A stretch of 64,000 nucleotides of DNA from a bacterium (lineage in GTDB: Bacteria > Actinomycetota > Acidimicrobiia > Acidimicrobiales > Bin134): assembly GCA_026705465.1 (NCBI GenBank), contig JAPPAP010000017.1, positions 6,100-70,099 of the forward strand. The letters run 5' to 3'. The number at the start of each line of letters is the position of its first letter. Positions within the stretch are counted from its first letter, which is position 1. The notes under the pieces were generated by a model. That model saw only the letters and a list, made by a program, of their open reading frames with translations. It had not been told where the DNA came from and did no database searches. Below are positions 52,582 through 62,575 of this stretch, one piece after another. The position numbers were made by a program, and so were the translations under genes.

Positions 52582-53772
52582 TTACCTCGGTTCGCGAGGA
52601 AGCCCCAAGACCCGCTCGCCAATGATGTTGCGCTGAATCTCGTTCGACCCGGCATAGATGGTGTGGGCCCGGCTGTACAAGAAGGTGCGCTGCCAGGAGT
52701 CCAGCGAATAGGCCTCGCCCTCGTCGGCCGCCACCGCCATGGCGTCCGCCCCCCGCAACTCCACCATCAGCTCGCCCAGCGAACGATGCCAGTTCGACCA
52801 CAACAGCTTGCCGATGGACATCTCCGGCCCCGGCACACCGCCGGCGTCCACCACGGTGAGCATTCGCAGGTTGTTGTACCGCATGATCTCCAACGTGGCG
52901 TAGGCCTGGGCCAGCCCTTGGCGCACCACCAGGTCGTCGGCGGTGCCGCTGGCCCTGGCCTCGGCCAGCAATGCGTCCAGCTCTTGGCGGAAGTAGGTCT
53001 GCTGGCCCAGCGTGGACGCCCCCCGCTCGAAGGCCAGCGTGCCCATGGCCACCTCCCAGCCCCGGCCGGGCTGGCCCACCACCAGATGGGCGTCGGTCAC
53101 CGCGTCGTCGAAGAAGACCTCGTTGAACTCGGTTCCCCCGGTGATCTGCACGATGGGGCGGATCTCAATCCCCGGCTGGTCCATGGGCACCAGCAGGTAG
53201 GAAAGCCCGGCGTGGCGCGACGAGTCGGGATCGGTGCGACACACCACGAAGCACCAGTCGGAGTACTGGGCCAGCGAAGTCCAGATCTTCTGGCCGTTGA
53301 CCACCCAGCGATCGCCGTCGAGCACCGCTTTGGTGCCCACGTTGGCCAAGTCCGAGCCGGCATTGGGCTCGGAATAGCCCTGGCACCAGAACTCATCCCC
53401 CGACAGGATCGGAGGCACAAACCGCTCCTGCTGCTCGGGCGTGCCGTAAGCCACCAGGGTCGGACCCAGCAGCGTGACCCCCAAGTTGGGCAGTCGCCCC
53501 GGCGCCCGAGCCTCCACGTAGGTCTGGTGGAACAGCACCTGCTCCGACAGGCTGCACTCCCGACCGCCCAAGTGGGCCGGAAAGTCAATTCCCAGCCAGC
53601 CGCCGCCAGCCAGCTCGCGCTCCCAGGCGATCTGCTGTTCAGCGGGTATGTCCTCCTGGCCCATCCCGCCGCGACCTCGCAGCTCGGCGAACTCCCCCAC
53701 TAGGTGCTCCTCCAGCCACGTCCGCACCTCGTCTCGGAAGTTCTTCTCGCCAGGGCTGAGGTCGAAATCCAT
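52582..53772 (-). CDS. Acyl-CoA dehydrogenase
   Basis: The sequences are MDFDLSPGEKNFRDEVRTWLEE..., ...QGYSEPNAGSDLA... and ...IYAGSNEIQRNIIGERVLGLP. Confidence 0.95.
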   Translation of the reverse strand: MDFDLSPGEKNFRDEVRTWLEEHLVGEFAELRGRGGMGQEDIPAEQQIAWERELAGGGWLGIDFPAHLGGRECSLSEQVLFHQTYVEARAPGRLPNLGVTLLGPTLVAYGTPEQQERFVPPILSGDEFWCQGYSEPNAGSDLANVGTKAVLDGDRWVVNGQKIWTSLAQYSDWCFVVCRTDPDSSRHAGLSYLLVPMDQPGIEIRPIVQITGGTEFNEVFFDDAVTDAHLVVGQPGRGWEVAMGTLAFERGASTLGQQTYFRQELDALLAEARASGTADDLVVRQGLAQAYATLEIMRYNNLRMLTVVDAGGVPGPEMSIGKLLWSNWHRSLGELMVELRGADAMAVAADEGEAYSLDSWQRTFLYSRAHTIYAGSNEIQRNIIGERVLGLPREPR

Positions 53773-53824
53773 CTGCCGGAAATCTACCGGCGGCTGGGAT
53801 CACTCCCCCAAGGCATAGGGGGAA

Positions 53825-55615
53825 CTACGCCTCGTCGGCCCTTACCTGAATGGTGTGCCACCCAGTAGCACCATCAGGCGCTGGGGCCCGGATCTCCGAA
53901 GTCTGTGTAGTACCGGTGCCATCAGTGGCCCGTACTCTGACCCGGTGCTCTCCGGGGGTGGCGTTCCAGGTCACCATCCACTGCCGCCAAGAGTTGATCG
54001 TGGTCTCGCGGCTGAGCTCGGCCTCCACCCAATCCTCTTCGTCTACCTGCACTTCCACCTTCTCAATGGCCCGACTGGGGGCCCAGGCCACCCCGGCAAT
54101 GGCGGTGGGGCCGGGATCGATGGTGGAGTCTCTGCGGGGCACATCGATTCGGGACTGGGTCTTGATCGGCCCCTCCTTGGACCAGCCACGAGGAATCCAA
54201 TAGCCGTCGAATGCCTCCCAGGTGGTGAGTTCGATGTCGGACAGCCACTTGGTGGCCGATACGTAGCCGTAGAGTCCGGCTACCACCAACCGGGCGGGAA
54301 AGCCGTGGGAGATGGGCAGCGGTTCGCCGTTCATCTGCACGGCCACCATGGCGATCCGCCCGTCGAGCGCCACCTCAGTGGGAAAGCCGGCGGTCCACCG
54401 GTCAACCGAACGGCCCACAATCTGAGTAGCACCGGGCTGCACCCCGGCCTGATCCAACACGGTTGCCAACGGGACGCCAACCCACTCCGCGTTGCCCACC
54501 AGGCGTCCGCCCACGCGGTTGGACACGCACGACAAGGTCACCTGCTCTCGAACCAGTCCCAAATCCAACAGCTCCTCGTATCCGATCTCCACTTCCCGAT
54601 CCACCATGCCGTGGATCCGCAGAGACCAGTCCTGCGGGTCGATCTGGGGATAGGAGAGCGCGGTATCGATCAGGTAGAAGTCCTCGTTGGGGGTGATGAG
54701 CGGCGCGATGCCGGCTATGTAGTCGAAGTTGGGCTCCCTGAGCGGCTCAGCCGTGACCGAGGGAGTGGGCTCAGCGGTGGGATCGGCAGTGGCCTCGGCG
54801 GTGGGATCGGCGCCAGCAGTGGGCGTGGATTCTGGCGTGGCGCCAGGAGTGGGATCGGCCCCGCCGTCGCCTCCCGCAGCCTGCTCAGTGGGCCTCGGAG
54901 TGGATCGCGGAGTCGGAGTGGCAATGGTGCGCCCCTGGAGGGCTTCGGTCGCGAACCCGCTGCGAGCACCTTCAACGGTGTCGCGTCGTCGCAGCCATCG
55001 CCCGAGCAGGCCGCCGGCCAGCGAGGCCCCGGCCATAACGCCGACTGCCCCAACGAAGCGCCGACGGTCGTTGAACCGGCCTCGCCCGACCATTGGAACC
55101 GAGCGGTCTTCATCAGGTTCGTCAACTGCCCCCCGAGATTTGTCGGCCAGGGCCAGCACATAGAGACTCAAGAACACCGCGATGCCGAATGCGCCCGACA
55201 GGAGTCCCGACATCCAGCCCAAACCGTCGCTGGACAGGGGGTTGCGGGCCGCGGCCCATCCGCCGACCACGGCGAAGACAACCAGTCCAGCAGGCATCAC
55301 CCACGGGCGCTTTCGTGAAGGCCAGCCCAGCACTGCGCCAAGCAATACCGACACGACCACGATGCCCCACACCAGTGCCGGCTTCTGCGCGGTGCCCAGG
55401 TTGTCGATAGACCAGCGGGCGATATCACCAGGGGTCTTGTCAACGATCACATCGGCCACCGAGACCACCAACGACGGGATCTCGCGGCTCAGCCCCGACA
55501 GGATCTCGCTCAAGCCCAGCGCGGCCCCCGCGGCCACGATTCCGGCTGAGATCGCCTGAAGCGGCGAGATACCAGTTCGCCGCTCGGCTGACGCGGTCGC
55601 TTCCGGTTCGGTCAT
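53825..55615 (-). CDS. Molybdopterin-dependent oxidoreductase (sulfite-oxidase fold) with an N-terminal multi-TM region and a Pro/Thr-rich linker
   Basis: There are N-terminal TM helices. The core is ...LSCVSNRVGGRLVGNAEWVGVPL... (Oxidored_molyb), followed by a C-terminal Ig-like dimerisation region. Confidence 0.85.
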   Translation of the reverse strand: MTEPEATASAERRTGISPLQAISAGIVAAGAALGLSEILSGLSREIPSLVVSVADVIVDKTPGDIARWSIDNLGTAQKPALVWGIVVVSVLLGAVLGWPSRKRPWVMPAGLVVFAVVGGWAAARNPLSSDGLGWMSGLLSGAFGIAVFLSLYVLALADKSRGAVDEPDEDRSVPMVGRGRFNDRRRFVGAVGVMAGASLAGGLLGRWLRRRDTVEGARSGFATEALQGRTIATPTPRSTPRPTEQAAGGDGGADPTPGATPESTPTAGADPTAEATADPTAEPTPSVTAEPLREPNFDYIAGIAPLITPNEDFYLIDTALSYPQIDPQDWSLRIHGMVDREVEIGYEELLDLGLVREQVTLSCVSNRVGGRLVGNAEWVGVPLATVLDQAGVQPGATQIVGRSVDRWTAGFPTEVALDGRIAMVAVQMNGEPLPISHGFPARLVVAGLYGYVSATKWLSDIELTTWEAFDGYWIPRGWSKEGPIKTQSRIDVPRRDSTIDPGPTAIAGVAWAPSRAIEKVEVQVDEEDWVEAELSRETTINSWRQWMVTWNATPGEHRVRVRATDGTGTTQTSEIRAPAPDGATGWHTIQVRADEA

Positions 55616-55715
55616 GTCTGCATTCCGATCAGTTCGTGGCCCGGGTGTCTTCCTCCGGCGGCCTGTGGCTAAGGCTATTGTGAATTTCCGCTGTTTGGGC
55701 CAATAGCCTCTCCAC

Positions 55716-56726
55716 TTGGAGCCGGATTATGGAACTCGTGCCGATCAGCATCCGATGACACCGTTGGAGGCCCTGGGCGTCGACCAGGCATGGCGAGACA
55801 TGGCCCAAGGCCAAGCGGGTGTGCTGGGGCGGGTGGTGCAGGTGGACCGGGGAGAGTGCGAGGTAGTGACCGACGACGGCCAGATCCGGGTCTCCTCCGA
55901 CTCCCAGCGGGCCCAAGGCGATGTGGCCCCGGTAACCGGCGACTGGATTACCGTCGTTCCTGGCCCCGATGACACGCTCGTGGTGGAGCAGGTGCTGGAT
56001 CGGCGCACGGTGGTGGTGAGGCGGGATCCGGCCGAGCACGCCCGACCCCAGACACTGGTAGCCAATGCCGATGTGGTCGGAGTAGTACACGGACTCGACC
56101 GGCGCATCAACCCAGCCCAGCTAGAGCGTTTCTGCGTGGTGGGCTGGCAGTCGGGTGCGGCTGTGGCGGTGATCCTGGCCAAAGCCGACCTCCGCCGCCA
56201 TCCCGGGCGAGACGCCGAGAAGGCCGCCATCCTGGCACCGGGGACGACGGTGGTGATTACCGCGGCATTGCGGGGCGAGGGGCTCGACCAGGTGGCCGCG
56301 CTGTTGGAGGGCAATCGCACCTTGGCGCTGCTGGGACCATCAGGGGTGGGCAAATCGACGCTGATCAATGCCTTAGCGGGCACCGAGGTCCAGGCCACCC
56401 AGGAAGTGCGGGCCGGCGATGCCAAGGGCCGCCACACCACCATCGCCCGTCGGCTCATCCCGCTGCCCAATGGGGGATCGATCGTGGACACACCGGGCAT
56501 CCGAGCCGTGGGACCGTGGGACGCGTGGGAGGGTTTGGCTGCGGCCTACGCCGAGGTCGACGCCCTCGACCAGGATTGCCGTTTCGCCGAGGACTGCTGG
56601 CATCAGGGCCAGCCGGGCTGCGCGGTAGCGGGCAACGTGGACGAGGGACGGCTGCGGCGCTACTTGGAGCTGGCCGAGGAGCTGGCCGACCAAGACCTCG
56701 ACCGGGCCCGTCGGCGGAGCAAGTAG
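55716..56726 (+). CDS. rsgA: Ribosome small-subunit-dependent GTPase A
   Basis: GPSGVGKSTLINAL and DTPGIR are present, as is the zinc knuckle CRFAEDCWHQGQPGCAV. Confidence 0.9.
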   Translation: MEPDYGTRADQHPMTPLEALGVDQAWRDMAQGQAGVLGRVVQVDRGECEVVTDDGQIRVSSDSQRAQGDVAPVTGDWITVVPGPDDTLVVEQVLDRRTVVVRRDPAEHARPQTLVANADVVGVVHGLDRRINPAQLERFCVVGWQSGAAVAVILAKADLRRHPGRDAEKAAILAPGTTVVITAALRGEGLDQVAALLEGNRTLALLGPSGVGKSTLINALAGTEVQATQEVRAGDAKGRHTTIARRLIPLPNGGSIVDTPGIRAVGPWDAWEGLAAAYAEVDALDQDCRFAEDCWHQGQPGCAVAGNVDEGRLRRYLELAEELADQDLDRARRRSK

Positions 56727-56794
56727 CCCGCTGCGTCCCGATTTCAGATGGGCCGGCCGCTGGGGTCAGATTGTCGACTTGGCGGGTTGGTGGC

Positions 56795-57607
56795 TTAGCG
56801 GGCTTCGGCCTCGGCTTGGGCACGGATTCGGAGTTCTTCCTGCTCCTCGGTGCGGGCGGGCAGGTGGTGGGTGAGCCAGCCGCCGTCCACGAACAAAGTG
56901 TGGCCGGTGATATAGGAGGCCTCGTCGCTGGCCAAAAAAACCGCAGCGTCGGCAATGTCGCCGGGCTCGCCGAACCGGTTCAGCGGAACCATTTCGGCCA
57001 TCGTCTTCTCCATTTCGGGCACCGCCCGCAGACCCTCGGTCATGCGAGTCTTCATGTAACCGGGCCCCACGGCGTTGACCCGGATGCCGAACTCCCCCAG
57101 CGCCATGGCCCCGCTGCGGGTTAGCGAGATCACCCCGGCCTTGGAAGCGGCGTATGCCGGTGTGAGGGGATGACCCTCCGCCCCAAGAATGGAGGCGGTG
57201 TTCAAGAGCACGCCGCCATTGCCTCGCGCCACCATGTGGCGGGCCGCGATCTGATTGCACAGAAAAACCCCGGTGAGGTTCACCGCAATCATCCGGTCCC
57301 AGAACTCGTCGTCCATCTCCAAGTACTTGGGGGAGTTGGCGATGCCGGCGTTGGCCACCATGATGTCCAGCTTTCCGTGGCGTCCAACCACGTTGTCCAC
57401 CAGGCTCTGTACCGATGCCCGGTCGGACACGTCGCACTGGCGGGTCTCCACCCCCAATTCGTCGGCCACCTGCTCCATGGCGGCTTCGTCTACATCGGCC
57501 ACCACTACCACCGCGCCCTCGGCAGCGAACTTTCGGGAGATGGACTCACCGAGACCGTTAGCACCCCCGGTGACGATGGCCACCCGTCCTTCCAAACGAT
57601 TGCTCAT
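56795..57607 (-). CDS. SDR family oxidoreductase (FabG-like)
   Basis: The motifs TGGANGLG, NAG and YAASK are present. Confidence 0.9.
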   Translation of the reverse strand: MSNRLEGRVAIVTGGANGLGESISRKFAAEGAVVVVADVDEAAMEQVADELGVETRQCDVSDRASVQSLVDNVVGRHGKLDIMVANAGIANSPKYLEMDDEFWDRMIAVNLTGVFLCNQIAARHMVARGNGGVLLNTASILGAEGHPLTPAYAASKAGVISLTRSGAMALGEFGIRVNAVGPGYMKTRMTEGLRAVPEMEKTMAEMVPLNRFGEPGDIADAAVFLASDEASYITGHTLFVDGGWLTHHLPARTEEQEELRIRAQAEAEAR

Positions 57608-57615
57608 GCCGACAT

Positions 57616-57700
57616 ATTCACAAACAGAGCACCAGATGCGCTAGAAAGCCAGGATGCCGAGCGCAACGCCATTAGCTAACAAGATCGCAGCCGTCACCGG
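57616..57700. repeat. 85-bp direct repeat, copy A (upstream of the P450 gene)
   Basis: 7 mismatches over 85 nt versus 59041-59125, and only 2 mismatches in the last 65 nt. It contains the start codon and first 15 codons of the SDR gene whose start is at 59079. Confidence 0.9.
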
Positions 57701-57746
57701 CCCCGACCGAACACGAACCAATTCCCGAGATAGGCCCGAATCATGA
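57654..57746 (+). other. 30-codon leader ORF formed by the duplicated SDR 5-prime fragment, ending in ATGA overlap with the P450 start
   Basis: The ORF is MPSATPLANKIAAVTG (as in the SDR) followed by PDRTRTNSRDRPES and a stop. Its TGA at 57744-57746 overlaps the P450 ATG at 57743-57745. Confidence 0.35.
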
Positions 57747-58972
57747 CAACAGTTGCCGCCGCATCCGGGCCAGACATCCTGGCACCGGAGTTCAACGCCG
57801 ACCCGTATCCGTTCTACGCCGAGATGCGGGAGTCCTACCCGCTGTACCACCACGAGGTCTCGGGGTTCTGGATGGTGTCTCGCTACCAGGACGTGGAGCG
57901 GGTCTTCAAAGACGGCGAGTCGTTCTCCAGCCGCAACTACGAGTGGCAGAACGAACCCATCCACGGCGGTCGCACGATGCTGCAGCTCGACGGCCGCGAG
58001 CACTCCGCCCACCGCAACATCGTCGGCCCGCAGTTCCGCGGCGCCTACCTCGAGGAGCGGGTGCGCGGGATCATCGAGCATACGGCGCACAAGCTGATCG
58101 ACCGGTTCGAGGCGGACGGTGCCGTGGACCTGCGCAAGCAATTCACCAAGAAGTTCCCGCTCGACGTGATCATGTACATGATCGGCCTGCCGCTGGAGGA
58201 TCACGAGACCTTCCGCCACTGGGTCGATCTGGGTATCGAGTTCCAGTCCAACTTCGCCGGCGACTCCGAGGTGGAGCGGCGCGGCCTTCAGGCCCAGAAG
58301 GAGTTCGCCGACTATCTGACTCCGATCATCGCCGACCGGCGGTCGAATCCTGGCGAGGACCTTCTGTCGAAGATGCTGGAAGGGAGTTCCGACGGCATCA
58401 CCATGGAGGACTGGGAGGTGCGGTCTTTCACAAGCCTGCTGGTCAGCGCCGGCGGCGAGACGACCGACAACGCGCTGGCCTCAATGGTGTGCCGCCTGCT
58501 GGAGAATCCCGAGCAGATGGAGGCCGTGCGCAACGACCGATCGCTAATCACCGCGGCTCTCGCCGAAACGCTGCGCCACTCGGGACCTGTGCAGATGATC
58601 ATGCGCCAGGCCGAGCGCGACACCGAACTCTCCGGCGGTGTGGTGCCCGCCGGCGGCACGGTTGCCTGCGTCCTGGGGGCGGCCAACCGTGACCCCGACC
58701 AGTTTGCCGATCCCGACACGTTCGACATCCACCGCTCTGACCTGGACGTGGCGAAGGCGTTCAATGCGGCCGCCAATCATGTGGAGTTCGCCCTCGGCCG
58801 GCACTTCTGCGTCGGGGCGCATCTGTCCCGGGTGGAGGTGGACGTCGCCATGGACACTCTCCTCGACCGGCTTCCCGGGATGGACTTCGCCGCCGGATTC
58901 GAGGCCGACGAGACCGGCATCTTCACCCGCGGGCCCCGCCGCGTGGACCTCGTCTTCCAGCCCGCCGCCTGA
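57743..58972 (+). CDS. Cytochrome P450
   Basis: The heme loop is FALGRHFCVGAHL. The EXXR region is AETLRH and the I-helix is AGGETT. Confidence 0.95.
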   Translation: MTTVAAASGPDILAPEFNADPYPFYAEMRESYPLYHHEVSGFWMVSRYQDVERVFKDGESFSSRNYEWQNEPIHGGRTMLQLDGREHSAHRNIVGPQFRGAYLEERVRGIIEHTAHKLIDRFEADGAVDLRKQFTKKFPLDVIMYMIGLPLEDHETFRHWVDLGIEFQSNFAGDSEVERRGLQAQKEFADYLTPIIADRRSNPGEDLLSKMLEGSSDGITMEDWEVRSFTSLLVSAGGETTDNALASMVCRLLENPEQMEAVRNDRSLITAALAETLRHSGPVQMIMRQAERDTELSGGVVPAGGTVACVLGAANRDPDQFADPDTFDIHRSDLDVAKAFNAAANHVEFALGRHFCVGAHLSRVEVDVAMDTLLDRLPGMDFAAGFEADETGIFTRGPRRVDLVFQPAA

Positions 58973-59040
58973 GGCCGCACCGGTGCGCCGGGTGTTGGGC
59001 GATCTGGTCGACGGCGGGGCCACACCGGGGGGCCTGACCA

Positions 59041-59125
59041 ATTCACAGGCAGACCACTACATGCGCTAGAAAGCCCGGATGCCGAGCGCAACGCCATTAG
59101 CCAACAAGATCGCAGCCGTCACCGG
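59041..59125. repeat. 85-bp direct repeat, copy B (5-prime region of the SDR gene)
   Basis: See copy A at 57616-57700. Confidence 0.9.
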
Positions 59126-59909
59126 TGGAGGCGGGGGAATCGGGGGCGGAATCTCCCGATTATTCGCCGAGGCGGGGGCCGCGGTCGTGGTCAACGACAT
59201 CGACGCCGACCTGGCCAACGCCGCGGTGAGCGACATCACCGACGCCGGGGGACGGGCCATCTCGGTGGTGGGCGACATTACCGACGCTGCGGTGGTGGCC
59301 GAGTTCCACCAGGCCGCGGTCGAGTTCGGTGACGGACGGGTCGACGTGCTGGTCAACAACGTGGGCGACTACCGGCCGGGTGCCGGCAAGTTCATCAGGA
59401 CCACCGAAGCCGATTGGGACGCCCAGATCGACATCACCTTCCGCCACGTGTTGCGCTGTACCCATGCCTTTCTGCCCACCATGGTGGAAGGGGGCGGCGG
59501 CACCATCGTGAACGTGTCCACGGTGGAGGCCATGCGGGCCATGCCCCGGATCGCGGTGTATTCGGCCTCCAACGCCGCCATCATCGCGTTCACCCGATCC
59601 GTCGCCTTGGAGATGGCCGACCAGAACATCCGGGTCAACTGCATCGCCCCCGACATGGCCGTCACCCTGCAAACCCCCCTCGACCAGATGCTGCGGGGTC
59701 GCCCTCTCGAGCAGGTGACCCGGAACATCCCCCTGTGCCGCTTCGGCAATCCCGACGACTTCGCCGAGGTGGCCCTGTTCCTGGCTTCCGATCAGTCCCG
59801 CTTCATGACCGGCCAGACCCTCCCGGTGGACGGCGGCACGATGACCGCCCAGGGCTGGTACCGCCGCGCCGACGGCCGCGGCTTCACCAACCTCCCCGAC
59901 GCTCCTTGA
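59079..59909 (+). CDS. SDR family oxidoreductase
   Basis: The motifs TGGGGGIG, NNVG and YSASN are present, with the remaining catalytic residues downstream. Confidence 0.85.
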   Translation: MPSATPLANKIAAVTGGGGGIGGGISRLFAEAGAAVVVNDIDADLANAAVSDITDAGGRAISVVGDITDAAVVAEFHQAAVEFGDGRVDVLVNNVGDYRPGAGKFIRTTEADWDAQIDITFRHVLRCTHAFLPTMVEGGGGTIVNVSTVEAMRAMPRIAVYSASNAAIIAFTRSVALEMADQNIRVNCIAPDMAVTLQTPLDQMLRGRPLEQVTRNIPLCRFGNPDDFAEVALFLASDQSRFMTGQTLPVDGGTMTAQGWYRRADGRGFTNLPDAP

Positions 59910-59921
59910 TCTGAGGGAGGC

Positions 59922-61031
59922 TCAGTCCAGGCCGTATTGGGGAAGGCGGCCGTTGGCAATCATGGTGAGGCTGCCGGTGCCAGTCTCGTCGGGATCGTCG
60001 GTGGTGACCGTAACCGGGGCGATGCGATGCATCGGCGTGAACACCTCGCCGGTGGCGGCCACCACGTCGGCGGGATGGCTCACGTCCCAGATCTCGTGCT
60101 CGACGTAGGACTCGCCCCGGTACACGCCGAGTCCGAGCTCGTCGTTCCAGCCGCCGCTATACCCCAAACCGGCCATGGCCACTGCCGAACCGAGTGGCGC
60201 AGAGCCGAGCCGAAGCGAAGCGCCGTCGTCAAGGGTCACCGCCATATCGGCCGACGAGAAACGCCGGGTGTCGGAAAAGAAGTCCAACGACAGATCGGCC
60301 TGGGTGACGTGGCGATCTGTGTCGGGAGCGTCCCGGTCCCGGATCAGCCCGGTGAGGTACACCCGTTCGGGGCCCCGCTCCATGATCTGCACGTGGCCGG
60401 CCCGACGGTTGGTGGAGAAGAACAGGAAGTAGAACAGCGTGCCGGCCTCGCTGTGTTGCCGGGGCGGGCCGGTCACCGGCTCGGGGATGCCCATGGCGGG
60501 GCGTACTCCCCAGGAGTGGTCCCGGCCGCCCCACCAGCCGTCGACCTCTAGGCCCTCGTCGCCGATCGTGATCCAGCCGTCCACCACCCCCACCTGGTTG
60601 AAGCGCTGGTAGTCCTGGGCCACCCGTCCCCGCTCCCGCTCCACGTGGGGCTTCTCGATCTCCGGGGCCAGCTCGGCCCGCCACACCAGATCGCAGGCGA
60701 TGGAGTGATCGCCGGGGGCCAGGATCACCCGCAGCTCTTCCAGCGGGACCGTCGGCTCCACCCGCATCGGCCCCACCTCGGGCTCGAAGCGGGGACGAAG
60801 GGCTCGCGACGCTCGCAGATTGTGCTGGGTGCCCCCCCGCACCATCACCACCCCGCCATCGATCACGTTCATGTTGTTGTAGGAGCCCATGGTGAACTGC
60901 ACTGCGGCCTGTCCCGCCGGGTCGTAGACGGCAAACCAGTAGCGGTCGAAGAACCGGGGGTCAGACGTGCCGACGTGCTCGAACGGCTCGGCAATCTGGT
61001 GCCATAGGGTGTCGTCAAGGGGTCCAAGCAT
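59922..61031 (-). CDS. Conserved hypothetical protein
   Basis: 369-aa ORF with normal composition, beginning MLGPLDDTLWHQIAEPFEHVGTSDPRFFDRYWFAVYDP.... I do not recognise a family. Confidence 0.6.
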   Translation of the reverse strand: MLGPLDDTLWHQIAEPFEHVGTSDPRFFDRYWFAVYDPAGQAAVQFTMGSYNNMNVIDGGVVMVRGGTQHNLRASRALRPRFEPEVGPMRVEPTVPLEELRVILAPGDHSIACDLVWRAELAPEIEKPHVERERGRVAQDYQRFNQVGVVDGWITIGDEGLEVDGWWGGRDHSWGVRPAMGIPEPVTGPPRQHSEAGTLFYFLFFSTNRRAGHVQIMERGPERVYLTGLIRDRDAPDTDRHVTQADLSLDFFSDTRRFSSADMAVTLDDGASLRLGSAPLGSAVAMAGLGYSGGWNDELGLGVYRGESYVEHEIWDVSHPADVVAATGEVFTPMHRIAPVTVTTDDPDETGTGSLTMIANGRLPQYGLD

Positions 61032-61033
61032 GG

Positions 61034-61402
61034 CTACTTCAGCCTTTCTGTGGAATCGGCCAGGTAGGCCCGCACCGCGGGGGACGGCTCAGATCCGCTC
61101 ATGATCTCATCGGTGAGCTGGGCCCGCAGACTCCGGTGATACTCCTCGGCGGCGGCCAGGGCGGGCACACCGGGCACGGCTTCCTCCAGCGCCGCGGGTT
61201 CGATCCCCAAGACCTCTTCCAGAGCCCGTATGTCGGTCACCAGATCGGGCAGCACCTCAGACCATCGTGCCGCGGCGTGCTCCAGGGCCGCGGCCGCGAA
61301 GGCGATCTGCTCCTGCGTATAGGAGTCAGACACCTCGGGGGCGGCCAACTCCACCAGCACCCGGCGGGCCCCGATGATCTGCTCGCTCAATGTCGGTCTC
61401 AT
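61034..61402 (-). CDS. Hypothetical protein
   Basis: The start at ATG 61402 overlaps the upstream phosphotransferase stop by 4 nt. The gene is packed 3 nt from the downstream gene. Confidence 0.5.
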   Translation of the reverse strand: MRPTLSEQIIGARRVLVELAAPEVSDSYTQEQIAFAAAALEHAAARWSEVLPDLVTDIRALEEVLGIEPAALEEAVPGVPALAAAEEYHRSLRAQLTDEIMSGSEPSPAVRAYLADSTERLK

Positions 61403-62412
61403 CCCAACTCCTCCGCGGTCTGGGCCAACAGCAATTTGGTTAGTTGTCCAGCTCCTAACCACACCCGAAGGGTGCGGTCGTCACAGAAGCTGCGCACCCC
61501 GGTGATGACAATGGCCGCCAGCTTGTAGTTGGCCAGCACCTGCCAGAACCGCAGCGCATCCCGGTCGACGGTCCGGCCGGTGCGAGCCTCGTAGGCCGAC
61601 ACCAGATCGTCCACCTCCCACCGTCCGGGAATCTGGTGCTCGACCCGGCGAAGCGGGTTGGTCACCCATCCCACATCCTCGGTCGGATCTCCCAGGTGGA
61701 CGGTCTCCCAGTCCAGCAGCACCTGCACCTGGTCGCCGTCGAACAGCACATTGCCCGGCTTGATGTCGCCGTGGACCGCGGTGATCTCACCGGGCTCCGG
61801 CCGGTTGCGGCGCATCCACTGCTCGATATAGGCCAGCACCGGCTGAGGCTCCAATGACTGGCGCTCGATCACCGCGGCCCATTCGTCGATGGCTGCCTCC
61901 GCCGGATCGCTCGGCACAGCCAGCACCTCGTCCAGTCGGGCGCCTTTCCAGTCCAGAGCGTGAATCTCGATCATCAGATCCACCATCTGCGAGGCGATCC
62001 CCACTCTGGAGTCTTCGTCGGGCCGACCGTCGCCTCCCTGCAGAATGAAGTGGTCATTGTGCCCGTCGTAGCGGGTCATCACCATTGCCGGGCGGCCCAG
62101 TTCCGACCCGTCGGCGTCCAGCCACACCACCTCGGGGGCCCGCACCGGCTGGTCGTGCAATCGACGCAGCACCTCGAACTCCATCCGGCGGTCGGTTTCC
62201 AGCACGCTGCCCACCGGATCCCGCCGAAGGAACAGCTGTCGATGGTGCGACTGCCCCTCGTCTTCCCAGTGCAGATCGAACGGCCAGTTCTCCCGTGACT
62301 GCCCCCCGATGGCCCGAGCCTCGCCCTCCACCCGAAGCCCGTCAACCTCGCCCAAGCGCGCTCGGATGAATCCTTCTAACGCGGCGTCAAAGTCACAGGC
62401 CATTGCCGCCAC
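61399..62412 (-). CDS. Phosphotransferase (APH/choline-kinase-like) family protein
   Basis: The catalytic and Mg loops are in HGDIKPGNVLFDGDQVQVLLDWE. Confidence 0.9.
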   Translation of the reverse strand: MAAMACDFDAALEGFIRARLGEVDGLRVEGEARAIGGQSRENWPFDLHWEDEGQSHHRQLFLRRDPVGSVLETDRRMEFEVLRRLHDQPVRAPEVVWLDADGSELGRPAMVMTRYDGHNDHFILQGGDGRPDEDSRVGIASQMVDLMIEIHALDWKGARLDEVLAVPSDPAEAAIDEWAAVIERQSLEPQPVLAYIEQWMRRNRPEPGEITAVHGDIKPGNVLFDGDQVQVLLDWETVHLGDPTEDVGWVTNPLRRVEHQIPGRWEVDDLVSAYEARTGRTVDRDALRFWQVLANYKLAAIVITGVRSFCDDRTLRVWLGAGQLTKLLLAQTAEELG

Positions 62413-62425
62413 ACGCTACTCAGTG

Positions 62426-62499
62426 TGGAGCTGAGCGGACTCGAACCGCCGGCCTCCTCGTTGCGAACGAGGCGCTCTAGCCAACTGAGCTACAGCCCC
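62426..62499 (-). tRNA. tRNA-Ala (anticodon CGC)
   Basis: The reverse complement reads GGGGCTGTAGCTCAGTTGG... with the G3:U70 identity pair. The anticodon stem-loop is CCTCG-TTCGCAA-CGAGG. CCA is not encoded. Confidence 0.9.
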
Positions 62500-62575
62500 A
62501 AATGCCGAATCAAGCCTAATGGGAGCCGCGCGCGGAACCGCGATTGGGATCAACAGGAGTCAGCAGAAAAAAGGA

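Noticed and set aside
54729-54900. Repetitive GTGGGATCGGC-type units, as a possible CRISPR or tandem array
   Set aside because: The units are short, irregular and lie inside the coding Pro/Thr/Ala/Asp-rich linker of the molybdoenzyme (ADPTAE repeats). There is no spacer and repeat organisation.
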